DNA from: Lama guanicoe
Lineage: Eukaryota
Assembly: GCA_013239625.1 (NCBI GenBank)
Contig: MU054391.1
Coordinates: 1 to 64,000 of the forward strand
Direction of reading: 5' to 3'
Length of the DNA stretch: 64,000 nucleotides
Of the stretch, positions 1 through 11,365 are shown piece after piece. The translations under genes were made by a program, and so were the position numbers. Every line of letters starts with the position of its first letter. Within the stretch, counting starts at the first letter, position 1. The notes below the pieces were generated by a model. The model searched no databases. It was not told the DNA's origin and saw only the letters and a list, made by a program, of their open reading frames with translations.

Positions 1-565
1 AAAATGAACCAAGGATGTGAAAGGCCTGCACATGGAAAGTCAGAAAACACTGATAAGGAAATTGAAGAGGACACACACAAAATAAAAGCTGTGCTCGTGC
101 ACTAAAAGAACATCACTGTAACATTCATGAAGCCTAAGCAGTGCACACATTAACTGCAAACTCTACCAAACTCTACCAAATGGCATTTTTTTCCACAGAA
201 ACAGAAAACCAGAAATCCTACCATTTGCATGGAACAAAAAAGAACCTGGAGTAGCCTGAGCAACCTTGAGGAGGGAGAACCCAGTTGGAGGTGTCTCCCT
301 CCCTGGCTTCACACGACGTTAGGAAGCCACAGTCCCCAGCAGAGATACAGTAAGGTACTGGCACAAAAACAGGCACATGGACCAGAGGAACACAACAGGG
401 AGCACAGGAATAAACCCGCCTTTAGGGTGTCAGTTAGTTCATGGCAAGGAGCCCAGAACACAAAGTGGGACAAGGACAGTCCCCTCCATAAACGGTGCCA
501 AGAACATGGGACACCATACCCCCAAAAATGACACTAGACACCATCAACACTAGACACAAAATCAA
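1..565 (+). mobile_element. LINE-1 ORF2 3' fragment (old L1M-type), part of duplicated cassette copy A
   Basis: Degenerate L1 ORF2 wording (gtgaaaggcctgcacatggaaa, gtactggcacaaaaacaggcacatggaccag, ggacaaggacagtcccctccataaacggtg); no ORF; paralogous to 2880-3605 and 9210-9980. Confidence 0.85.
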
Positions 566-609
566 GAAAATCTGAAAATTTTCCACATCAAGCCCCTGCT
601 GGATCCTCT

Positions 610-703
610 GAAAACGGACCTCCTCAGTTGCAATCACACACAGGAGGCCTCCCCCAGAAAACGGACCTCCTCAGTTGCAATCACACACAGGAGGCCTCCC
701 CCC
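610..703. repeat. Near-perfect 47-bp tandem duplication
   Basis: gaaaacggacctcctcagttgcaatcacacacaggaggcctccccc occurs at 610 and again at 657. Confidence 0.95.
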
Positions 704-1059
704 ACTTTTTCCTCACCTTTTACTCCCACCGTGATGCCTCCTGGTGATTCTTGGAGACGTCTGGCTCCTGTCTCCATGGACTTGGTTGGTCGAGTGTTGT
801 CCTGAAGCTGAGACCACGGCAGGTCCTGAGGAGACCCAGCCTCCACCAGCCCCACAAGGAGCCAAGTTCCCACAGGAGCCAAACCCCGCAATAAGACAGG
901 TGCACCTTGAGGGTCAGAGAACAGCCGTGTTGCCACCCGCTGGCGAGCTGGGAATTGCAGGCCACAACCACTCAGTTTTTACCACTTACACCAAAATGTA
1001 CTCTAAATTGTCCAGACAATTATATAATGCACATCTGGAATTATTCTAAGAGAAGACAT

Positions 1060-1767
1060 ATAAGGAAATCGACATAACCTTGTCTAGGTGACAAACTTTT
1101 ACAAAAATCCCCCAGTCTATCCACAGAAGTAAAATTTATATCATAGAATTTTTAAAAAATTAAAAATTTAAACTCTGTTAATGACCTTATTCAGAAATCC
1201 TAAAGACAAGACACATACTGAGAAACATAAATTTACAAAACACATAACTGATTAAGGATTTGGACTCAAATTACCCCAAGAACTTTACAACAAACAACCC
1301 CGATAAAAATAGGTAAAGATCTTAACAAACACCTCTCCAAAGAAAACACACAGGTAGTAAATAAGCCTATAAAAATATTCTCAAAAATCATACACCAGTA
1401 GGAAGTTGCAAATTAAAACAATGATGATATAACAATGCACGCTTATGAGAACCACTAAACTCCAAAAAAATGACATTACTTGTGATTGATGGAAGATGGA
1501 GAAAAAGAGGAACTCTCCCTCACTGCAGGTGGAATGCATGTGTGGCTACTTTGAAAGACAGTTTGGGAGTTTTTTCCAAAGCTATCCAAGGTTCACCTGA
1601 GGATCCAACACTGCACCTGTAGTATTTAGACAATTGCTTTGAAAAAGTGTCCAAACAAAAACTAGCATGAAATTATGCACAGCAACTCTACTCATAATGG
1701 CTTAAAACTTTAAACCATGAGGATGTCCTTCTGTGCATGAATATATAAGCAAGTTGGGGTACACCCC
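1060..1767 (+). mobile_element. L1MC/MD-like ORF2-3' fragment (copy A)
   Basis: L1 motifs (catatctgataaggatt-like, caaattaaaacaatgatgata, ctactttgaaagacagtttgggag); paralogous to 4080-4780. Confidence 0.75.
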
Positions 1768-2158
1768 TGTGAAAGAGGGCCAATGACACCATAAAATACA
1801 TCTCTTTGGCATGAAGATTACAATGGGGAGATTTCTTTAACAATAAGACACATAAGACTCTATGAAACCCGATTCAAAATTGCCCATTGTAAGGCAAATT
1901 TACATTTATAAGGGAAATCTACATTTGAAAAGTAATCTCCATTTCTGCACCAGGAATAAAAGAAAGACTAAATCTCAAAAAAGCTTATCAATAGAAAAAG
2001 CTAAGATTTAAATCTATATAATGAACATAACCTTCCTTTCTTTTGGTGTTAGAGAAAGATGGCATATCAGGTGATGTTTTGGGCCATTTCAGGGAATTAC
2101 TCAATTTTCTGGGCATCTCCCATGCTTAAAGTAGGCACCCAAGTTCTTGAACTTGTTT
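1768..2158 (+). mobile_element. ERV1 LTR, MER34/MER39-like
   Basis: Start resembles MER34 (caccataaaatacatctctttggcatgaagatta); internal ggccatttcagggaattactcaattttctgggcatctccc is shared with 10435-10718. Confidence 0.65.
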
Positions 2159-2712
2159 GTACTATTATGTAAAGGTAGTTAATACCACAGAAATGTGTAC
2201 TTGAAATGATTTCAATTAAAAGTGTCATACGTATTTTTAATCACAGTGAAAATTATGTAGTGATGTAGAACTGATACAACTTACAACATTAACACACTGA
2301 AAAATCCCTAGTGAAAAGAGCTGAAAAGAAAAATTCTCCTGATCACATGGTCATCATGTGTGCTTTACATCCATCAAGGTTGTCAAAGTGAGAGTCTCAG
2401 TAACAAACCCAGAAAAAGAAAACAAGCAGCTAGACCAAGTGGTGGCAGCTGAAGGGGGCGGGCGGGTCATGCAGTGATGCAGACGCCACACGGCTTCTTC
2501 ACTGGTGGGTTATATGACAGCTCCTCAGGAGACTACCCCTGTTTGGGGTAAAGCACCCTATGGTATTTTGTATAAAGTGGCAACTGTGAGTAGATTTTAA
2601 CATCAAAGAAATTACTGGAAAGTCCATTACTTTTCAAAACAACCATATCAATACCATGGCAGAGAAGCTGATAAGACAGACATCAAACCTTGCAATAGAA
2701 TCCAAGACTCAC

Positions 2713-2832
2713 CCAGACCAAGGTCAGCCAGAGTTCTGATGCTCATCGCCCTTGTAGGAATCCACCTGTTATTAAGAGGCACTGTGTGATGATTACACCA
2801 GTAGCCACCAAGTCTTGGATCCTGTGCACTAC
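2713..2832 (-). other. Candidate 120-bp exon with ATG (cassette copy B)
   Basis: Minus strand: tctctatttctcctgcatcccag|GTAG...gggcgATGagc...CTGG|gtgagt; 34 nt from ATG to donor (phase 1); paralog at 9044-9164. Confidence 0.45.
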
Positions 2833-2879
2833 CTGGGATGCAGGAGAAATAGAGAGATTTTAAAACTTCAATTTTCCAC

Positions 2880-3605
2880 AACACTTAACAAACAGTTGTT
2901 AAAGTAAATAAATTCAGTAAAGTTCAATGTGAAATCAATGTACAAAAATCAGTTGCATTTCTATACACCAATAATAACCCATCAGAAGGAAAATTTAAGG
3001 AAACAGTCACATTTATAATTGTACCTAAAAGAAGAAAATAACTAGGAACAAATTTAACCAAGGGAAAGACCTGTACTCAAAAAACTGTAAACCATTGAGT
3101 AAGAAGTTAAAGAAGACACAAATAAACAGAAAAATATTCTGTACTCATGGATTGGAAGAATGACTAGTATTAAATTATTGATTCTACCCAAAACTATCAA
3201 CAAATTCACTGCAACATCAATATAATGTTCAATGGTATATTTCATTGAAGTAGAAAAAACAGTCCTACTATTAATATAGAACAACTAAGGAACCTGAGCA
3301 GCCAGAGAAGTTCTGAGAAAGGAGGACACAACTGGAGGCATCTCCCTCCCTAGCATCAAACTATATCACGGAGCTGTAGTAACCACAACCGTGAGGAACT
3401 GGCACAAACACAGACACACGGACGAGGGTAACAGCATAAAGAGCCCAGAAATAAACGCGCATGGCTGTGGTCAGTTAATTCATGAAAATGGGGACAAGGA
3501 CATACAAAGAGGGGGGGACACTCCCCTCAACAAACATTGCCAGGAAAATGGGACACCAAGCACCAAAGAACATCACTGGCCACCAGCTCCATTGCACACA
3601 AAACC
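2880..3605 (+). mobile_element. LINE-1 ORF2 fragment (copy B)
   Basis: tacaaaaatcagttgcatttctatacacc, gaagacacaaataaacagaaaaatattctgtactcatggattggaagaat; degenerate. Confidence 0.9.
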
Positions 3606-4777
3606 AACTAAAACCCCACAGTTCTCCACATCGACCTCTTTCTGAGGTTCCTCTGAAGACAGAGCTCCCCTGAACAGTCAGCTGCACACAGGAAGCTCCT
3701 CCCCACTTTGGTTTTTTTTTTCCCACTCTTATGGTGCCTTTTCATGGCGATGCTCAAGAAAACTCAGCCCATGACAGCATGGACACAGTCCCACTGTCTA
3801 GAAGATGAAGCCCTGACAGTCCTGAAGAGACCAAGCCCCAGCTAGCTGTGCAAGGGGCCAAGTCCATGGGCAGAATGCACCTGTGCCCTGTGGGTCAGAG
3901 GTGGATCTGGCTCCCTGCTGTGGACCATCAGAAAAGTTCAGGGGATGCTGAGTTCACAAAGCCCAGAGACCTCATCCTGAATGCAGTTCTGCTTTATGTA
4001 GTGCCTTTGGAAATCCAAACTGAAATACAGCCAAGTAGCTCACTATATTGTCTCAAAAACTGGTTAAGGAGCAATTAATTAAAAAACATATAGAATGAAG
4101 AGAACATAGACACAGACTTTACAACTGATAGCAAAAGTCACTCAAGATTGCCCATAGACAAATTTAAATGGCAAAACCATATAAATCTTAAAAGGAAAAG
4201 GGAGAAAATCTGTAAGACCTTGGTTCTGGTGATGAGTTTAAACTCACAACAAGTGACTATCTACACATCAACACAAAATTAATGACATGGACTTTATAGA
4301 ACTATAGACATCTACTCTGTGAAAGATCTTATTCATAAAGGCAAAAAAAGAAATCACACACTAGCAGAAACTATTTGCAAAATGCGTATCTGATAAAGGA
4401 TTTGTACTCAAGTTATACCAATAAAACCTAGAACAAACAACCCCATTAAAAATGGGTAAAGATAGAAACAAACATCTGTCTAAAGAAGGTACACCGACAG
4501 AAAACAATCATACAAAAATATATTCAAGATCCTAGTGGAATACAGGTACGGCCAACTTTGGAAGACAGCTTGGCAGTTTCTTCCAAAGTTAAACAGTCTC
4601 AACTTAGAATCCAAAAAAAATCATCTCTTAAATTCAGTCAACTGCTTTGAAAAACTATTCCAATAAAAACTAACATCAAGTAATGCACAGGAGGTCTATT
4701 CATAATGGCTTAGAAACTCAAGTGATCGGTATGCCCTTCTGTAGATGAACTCATAAGCAAAGTAGTGCACATTCATG

Positions 4778-4925
4778 CCACGGGGAGCAGAATGTGCCAC
4801 CCCCCAAATAGGTCTGTAGCCTAATGACTACTACAATCTGAGTAATTTATTAAAAAAAAAAAAAGACTCTCAGAACACTGAGTAGAGATTGCCCTTTTGT
4901 GAGGGAGATTTCCATTTCTTACAGA
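4778..4925 (+). mobile_element. MER34-like LTR 5' fragment (copy B)
   Basis: ggggagcagaatgtgccacccccca resembles the MER34 start; sits at the same L1 position as the 1768 LTR. Confidence 0.65.
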
Positions 4926-5384
4926 AAAAAGTCAATTACGTGATCAAGTAAGCGGTAATGCCACAGGATGGAATACAGGATATAACACAGGATCTGTATT
5001 AGACATGTATGAAAACACTCAGTGATGCTGGTGGAGCAGAAGGTGCAAGCCTCAGTAACTGCAGGAATGAATTAAACGTGTAGACTACAGGGAAAACATA
5101 CTGCACATAAACAGTGGGATCTGTAAGATCCATCCCACAGGGGCAGGAGGTAAGAATACTCAAACCAGTCATCTGGAGTAGAATGGGAAATGAATTGAAT
5201 GGATGGAAGATGGTGGGAACCAGGATTCTACTGTCTGACTTGGAGTTACAGATAAGCAGGGGGAAGATGTACCCTGTCCATACAATAATGGATCATGTTG
5301 GAGGCATCAGTATAAACCCGTCTTCTGCTTAACATGAATACAGACATTTCCATATAGAAATCTCTATAATTAAGAGTGTATACT

Positions 5385-5838
5385 ATTGGGGAGGGGGAAA
5401 TTTCACTCTCTCTCTCTCTTGACTTCTCGCGGCTGGACTAATAATAAAACTAACGCAAGACAGAGCCACAGGAGAAAAGGAAATTTTAATTCCTACACAC
5501 AGAAGTCTCATAGAAATGGGAAGTAAGAAGTAGTGAAAACAGGCAGATTTTATACATCTAGAAAACTATACACTTGCTAGCAACTGACAGCCCAAAGAAA
5601 TGTAGCTTCTGGGTACTCANNNNNNNNNNNTTTGGGCTTGGTAAATTAAAGGAGTTACAAGTTATGTTTATATGCGCCTCTGAACCTTTCACATGACAGG
5701 CTTATTTCCTGCTTTTATGGAGATAGAGCAGGGGTCAGAGTGTCCCTCTTGCTTTGGCCATTTCTAAGTAACTTAAATTAAAAACACTATGTGGTTGTGG
5801 CAGATTGGGGGAGGGATGGTGCTCCCTGAGCAACAACA
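5385..5838 (-). mobile_element. ERV1 solo LTR (MER34-group-like), contains an N gap
   Basis: ggggagggggaaatttcactctc...acaggagaaaagg is the reverse complement of an LTR 3' end; other end gtggcagattggggg...acaaca; interrupts the L1. Confidence 0.55.
5620..5630. other. Assembly gap
   Basis: Run of N. Confidence 1.
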
Positions 5839-6638
5839 ATACACTAACATGGGAACATACACATACATTTCCTTGCATTGTCAGTGGAGAACATTTTCCT
5901 CCCATATGTAAATTCTTAATACCATTCTCTAATTAAAGGAGTCAGGACTCTTTGAAGAAATGGCTTATATTAGAACTGAGACAGTCAATATATGAGCCAG
6001 GATAATCTTGACTCTTGTATCAGAAAGTAAGGAAGTACCAGGGGGGGAAAAAAAAACCCCAAAATATGGAATGATCTCAAAGGAAACAGGAGCCAGTGAA
6101 AGAGTTCTCAGTAGCCAAAGTAGGAATGAACTGAGCTACCAAACCTGTAGTGCTGGATTATAATCAAAAGATTAAAATAACTATCCAGGTGTCCACAATG
6201 GTGAAGTTAAATGATGACATAGTTTTGTTTTGTTTTTAATAAGTGAGATTGAATAGAAAACTCCTATGCAGAAATGTTCCTAATAATCCATGACATCCAT
6301 CAAGGAGGTGGAGCTTATGCCCCCTCTCCTGAAGTATAGGTTCCACATAGTGACCTCCTCCTGTTTAGGTCAGAAGCAAAGAGAGTCTGAGATCCCATTG
6401 CTGGGCATGTATCCAGAGGAACACTCTAATGTGAAAAGACACTCTTTTTTTTTTTAACGCAGTGGGCAAGATAAAATTGGGGAGAAAATTGTGTTTTCAA
6501 CAAGTGGTGCCAGGCAATTGTCTATCCAGTGAAATTTTTTTGTTTCTAAGAGAAATGAAATTGGAGCCCTGCTTCATACCACATGCAAAATTAACTCAAG
6601 ATACATAAAAAGCTTAAATTTGAAGAGTGGTAAAGTGA

Positions 6639-6994
6639 CAATCAGCAGTCATCTGCTGATTCCACATTTCCAGAACCAGTATCCTTCAGATAAAAAAAAT
6701 AATAATAATTTGAGAAAGTTCCATAAAGAAAAACTTGAACTTGTGGCATGCCAGAAACTATTTAAATAACATTATATTTTCTTCACCATTATTTACATAC
6801 CATTTACATTGTATTATTTAGTATAAGTGATCCAGAGATGATTTTAAGTATACAGGAAGCTGTGCTTAGATTATTTGCCAATACTACACCATTTTATATA
6901 ATGGATTTCAGCACCGACAGACATTTAGTATCCACAGGGTGTCCTGGAACCAATACCTAACAGATAGGGAGGGAACAGTTAGGGAGGGAAGCTG
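6639..6994 (-). mobile_element. MER2/MER2B (TcMar-Tigger) DNA transposon
   Basis: catttacattgtatt...agagatgattttaagtatacaggaag...caatactacaccattttatata...gtcctggaaccaatacc matches the MER2 reverse complement. Confidence 0.85.
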
Positions 6995-7301
6995 TATAAA
7001 CTCTCAAAGAAACAATTGGGATAAGTCATCATGACCTTGGACTTAGCAATTTTTTTAGATTTGATAGCAAACACAAGGAAAGAAAAAAATAAATTGCCTT
7101 TCCTCAAAATTAAAGACATTTGTACATCAAAGATGCTATCCATAAACTGAAAAGACAGCACACAAAATCAAAGAAAATATTTGCACATTATATATTTGAA
7201 AAAAATTTTATCAAGAATATATCAAGAACTTTTACAACTCATAAAAAGACAAAACAAACCCAATTTTTAACATGGTAAAAGGACTTAAATACACCCTTCT
7301 C

Positions 7302-7449
7302 TATATGTAAATTTAAAAAAAGTACAGTACATTGTATATATGTATTTACATGCAATATAATGTATCTGTGCAGTCAAACAGCAATCATCTACCTTATAAA
7401 AGTGAAAAATAAGAAAAATCAATCAATAAATAAAATTAAATATTTTTTA
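7302..7449 (+). mobile_element. Short A-tailed retro-insertion with ~15-bp TSD
   Basis: Flanked by aaatacacccttctc (7287-7301) and aagtagacccttctc (7450-7464); aataaataaa near its 3' end; paralog at ~30031 lacks it. Confidence 0.7.
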
Positions 7450-7607
7450 AAGTAGACCCTTCTCCAGACAAGACAAATAGTCAACAAGCACATGAAAAAA
7501 TGTTTAAAATCAGTCATGATGGAAATGTAAATTAATACCATAATGCCATACCCTTTCAAGCACACTAGAAGCCCTACGATCCAGAAAACTAAAAAAAAAA
7601 AAAAAAA

Positions 7608-7732
7608 NNNNNNNNNNNNNNNNNNNNNNNNNNNNNNNNNNNNNNNNNNNNNNNNNNNNNNNNNNNNNNNNNNNNNNNNNNNNNNNNNNNNNNNNNNNNN
7701 NNNNNNNNNNNNNNNNNNNNNNNNNNNNNNNN
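7608..7732. other. Assembly gap
   Basis: Run of N. Confidence 1.
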
Positions 7733-7935
7733 CCTTATGGTTACTTCACTCCTAGATATAGACCCCAAACATTAAAAATAGGTGTTCAAACAAAAAAAGG
7801 TACACAAATATTCATAGCAGCACTATTCACAATGGTCCCAAAGGTAGAACAATTGAAATGTCCATCAAAGGCTAAATAGATAAACAAATACTGTACATCC
7901 ATAAACTGCCATATTAGTCTGCCATATAAAGCAAT

Positions 7936-8530
7936 AAAATGGTGCAGCCATGGTGGAGAACCAGACAGAAGTTCCTCAAAAACTTACACATGGGGTTGAC
8001 ATGTGATCCATCAATTCCACTTCAGGATATATGTTCAAAATATTTGAAAGCAGGAACTGGAATAGAAATGGGTACACCCATATCCATGGCAGCACTAATC
8101 ACAACAGCAAAAGGTGGAAATAACTCACCTGTCCATCAGCGGATGAATGGATAAAGTACACGTAGTGTATACCCAATGGGATACTGCACAGCCTTAAAAA
8201 CTAAGGAAATTATGACACATGCTGCAACATGAATAAATCTTGAAGTCACTATGCTAAGTGAAATAAGCCAGTCACAGAAGGACAAATATTTTATGATTCC
8301 CCTTATACAAGGCATCCAGAGAAGTCAAATGTAGAGACAGAAAGAGTGTCACTGCCAGGGGCTGAGGGGAGTTAGTGTTCACTGGATACAGGGTTTCACT
8401 TGGGGAAAATGAATAAGTTCTGGAGATGGGTGGTGAGGCATCTGTACAACAATGTGAATCTAATTAATACCATAGAACTGCATGTTTAAATGGTAAATGT
8501 TATGTCCTGTATTTTTAATGACAATGAAAA
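7936..8530 (+). mobile_element. L1MB-like 3' end
   Basis: aatggtgcagcc, tgtccatcagcggatgaatggata, ctatgctaagtgaaataagccagtcacagaaggacaaata, gttctggagatgggtggtga. Confidence 0.9.
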
Positions 8531-9043
8531 ATGTGAATGAATCACTAATGACTCCAATTGGATAAAGATTGAAAACATTCTAAGTGAAAGGAGACACACA
8601 GAAGAGGCCACCCAGATCGTATTCATCTTGTGCGCCTTAAATCCATTAAGATTTTGAAAAAGAGGGAAACTCTCAGTAATAGTTTCAGAAAAAGAAAACT
8701 GGCACAGAATGGAAAAAAGGATTTCCGTAAGCTGGGGCAAAGGGGAAGGCTGAAGTGGGCCTGTGAATGCGATTACAAGGTGAACCATACAATTTCTTCA
8801 TTTGTAGTTTATGTGCTGGTTCCCTGGGAAAGTATCCCAGTTTTAGGTAAAACCCACTGGAGTATTTTATGTGAAGTGTCAAATGTGAGTACTGTGTAAT
8901 GCTATTTAAAGTATTTTATATGGAACTTTATAAGAAAACTTTAGAAGAAACTTAATTAAAAACTGTATTACTTTTGAAAATAACCATGTCAATACCACAC
9001 CAAAAAAGCAGAGAAGAATTCAGATTTCCCTATAGAGGCCCAC

Positions 9044-9164
9044 CTTTAACGCGATCCAGTTCACCCAAAGTGCTGGTGCTCATCGCCCTTGCAGGAGTCC
9101 ACATGTAACTTAAAGGCACTGTGGGAAGATTAGGAGCCACTGTGTCTTGGGTACTGTGGATGAC
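9044..9164 (-). other. Paralogous candidate ATG exon (cassette copy C)
   Basis: gggcgATGagcacc...AAAG|gtgggc; 40 nt from ATG to donor (phase 1); homologous acceptor reads GG, with an alternative cacag| 11 nt downstream. Confidence 0.35.
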
Positions 9165-9209
9165 CCGGATGGAGTCCAAACAGAGTGAATTCTGATTTCT
9201 AGTTTTCCA

Positions 9210-9980
9210 CATCAAACCATCAAAAAACTGTTAGAACTAATGAATCATTGCAGTAAAGCTACAGGGGACAAAACCAATACACAAAAATCAGTTGTCTTTC
9301 TATACATTTATAAGGAAACATCAGAAAGAGACTTTTTTTAAATCCCATTTACAATTGCATCCAAAAAAAACCTATCAATAAACTGAATCAAGGATGTGAA
9401 AGACCTGCACGCTGAAAATTCTGAGACACTGAGGAAAGAAACTGAACAGACACAAATAAATGGAAAGTTACCCTGTGCTCATGGACAGAAAGAATTAATA
9501 TTGTTAAAATGCCCGTTCTACCCAAAGCAGTGTTCAAATTCAAAGCAAGTCTCGTCAAATCATTATGCCCTACACTAGAAAATAACAGAACACTGTGAAT
9601 TGACTATACTTCAATAAAATAAAATAAACCTCAGTGGTATTTTTCACAGAAACAGAACAAACATTCCTAACATTCCTGTGGAAACACAAAGGACCCTGAA
9701 CAGCCAAAGAGGTTCTATAAAAGGGAAACAGGCTGGAGGCATCTCCTTCCCTGACTTCACAGGGCATTACAAAAGCACAGTCACCAAAGAATTGTGGAAC
9801 TGGCACAACAGAGGCTGCAAATAAACCTCTGGGGATATGGTGAGTTAACTCACAAGAAAGGAGCCAGGGAAAGGACCAGGGAAAGGACAGTCCCCTTGAT
9901 GAATGGTTCTGGGAAAACTGGACACCACACACCAAAGAAGGACACGGCACACTGTCTGCACCACACACAAAACCTGACTA
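9210..9980 (+). mobile_element. LINE-1 ORF2 fragment (copy C)
   Basis: Colinear with 1-565 and 2880-3605 (aaggatgtgaaagacctgcacgctgaaaat, ggctggaggcatctccttccctgacttc). Confidence 0.9.
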
Positions 9981-10104
9981 AAACCCACAGCTTCTCACAT
10001 CCAGCCCTTCCTCTGCTGGGGCCTCTGAGGAGGAGGGCCTCCCCTCAGCAGTCAGCCCCTTGTGGGAAACTTCTCACTTTCCCTCACTTTTCCTTTCTCC
10101 TCAC

Positions 10105-10320
10105 CTTCCCTACAGTGCAGCACCTCCTGTTGGGTCCTGAGGAGACGGGGCTCCTGTCAGCTGCGCAGGACGCCAGATCCTCAGGCAGAACGCACGCGAG
10201 TTCCCGCCGCAGCTGGGGGAGGTGGGCTCTGGGCCCCGCCAGCCAATGAGAAAGCGCGGGCCCAGCCGCCCTCAAAGCCAGCAGAGGCCCCGCGCCGACA
10301 GCGGCTCTGCTCAATCCTGT
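10105..10320 (-). promoter_or_regulatory. Small CpG-rich promoter/first-exon-like module
   Basis: About 16 CpG in ~170 bp (10140-10310), GC box ccccgcc next to CCAAT (agccaatgag), minus-strand donor GAAG|gtgagg at 10105/10104. Confidence 0.55.
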
Positions 10321-10434
10321 AAACTGGGAATTCAAATGAAATAGAGCCCAATATCTGTAACTTCTCCACATACTTAGAAACAATCAATCGGAAGCCATAC
10401 GGAATGAAGTGAATGGAGACACAAACTTTAAAAC

Positions 10435-10718
10435 TTACACCTTTGTTTACTGAGCTTTCGTGACAACCTGCGGTAAATGAATTCCTCCCTCCCTCCCTGA
10501 GGCCTTGCTTTTGTTTTTAGCTGAAGGTGATATTTAAGGTGATGCTTTTGACCATTTCAGGGAGGGACTCAGTTTTCTTGGGTATCTCCCCTGTATACAG
10601 GATGTATACATGTTATTAAACTTGCTTCTTTTTCTCCCTGTAATCTGTCTTATTGGGGGGGGGGTGTTAACCAAGAGCCTAGAAGGGGAGAGGGGAAACT
10701 TATTTTCCTCCCATACAC
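10435..10718 (+). mobile_element. MER34-like LTR 3' half (copy C)
   Basis: tagctgaaggtgatatttaagg...gttattaaacttg...ggaaacttattttcctcccataca, a typical LTR 3' terminus. Confidence 0.7.
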
Positions 10719-10719
10719 T

Positions 10720-11365
10720 TGCAGTGGAATACTACTCAGTAATAGAAATTAAACCATCAACCCACGGAAAGACATGGGTAAATCTTACTTATCTATTACT
10801 AAGTGAAAGAATCCAGTCTGAGAAGGCTGCACACAGTATGACCCTATTTATGACAATTATGGAAAAGGCAAAACTACTTACATGAGCAGATCATGGGGTG
10901 GGGGTGGGGATTGAAGTATTCCATGTGAAACTTTAGGTTGGAGTCACTATAATTATGTCTAAGTCAACACCTTTGCCCAAAGGTCAATCATAATCTATTC
11001 AAATTTAGTTGTTTAGGGTATAGCAGCATCACACGATGGAACATACAATGTGACAGAATCTAACTGTATTAGAAATGGGTGGAAAAACTCACAGTCAGTG
11101 GTGGGGCAAAAGGTGCTGACTGACCTAAGTTAACTTTGGAAATGTACAGAATAATTTTGCAAAGGCAAAATGGACCACTGTTAAACTGTGGGCTTTATAT
11201 TACAAAGTTCTTACCAGGGTATAGTGGCTAACAATTCTGAAACCACTGTGAATGTAACCTGGAAAAGAGAAATGAGTTGATAAAGGGAAGGTGGTGGGAG
11301 CCAGGCTCCTCGCTGTGGGAATAGGAAGTCACAGATGAGCAAGGGGAGAGCCTTGGCCCTCATAC
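10720..11365 (+). mobile_element. L1MC/MD-like 3' region (copy C)
   Basis: gtggaatactactcagtaatag, actaagtgaaagaatccagtctgagaaggct, ggaagtcacagatgagcaagggg. Confidence 0.75.

Larger units (their letters stand above)
4080..6360 (+). mobile_element. L1MC/L1MD-like 3' region interrupted by two LTR pieces (copy B)
   Basis: L1 ORF2 end plus old 3'UTR motifs (gatggtgggaaccaggattcta, ggagttacagataagcaggggga, caaggaggtggagcttatgccccctctcctgaagtatagg); paralogous to 10720-11365. Confidence 0.7.
6460..7935 (+). mobile_element. L1MB-like ORF2/3' fragment with nested MER2; paralog of 29190-30545
   Basis: gtgttttcaacaagtggtgc, caaaattaactcaag, aagcacatgaaaaaatgttt; colinear with the 29-30.5 kb block. 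Confidence 0.85.

Noticed and set aside
2713..2746. LILR/KIR-type 34-nt phase-1 signal-peptide exon
   Set aside because: Length and phase match, but the peptide has charged residues, the paralog is hydrophilic and no Ig-domain exons are present
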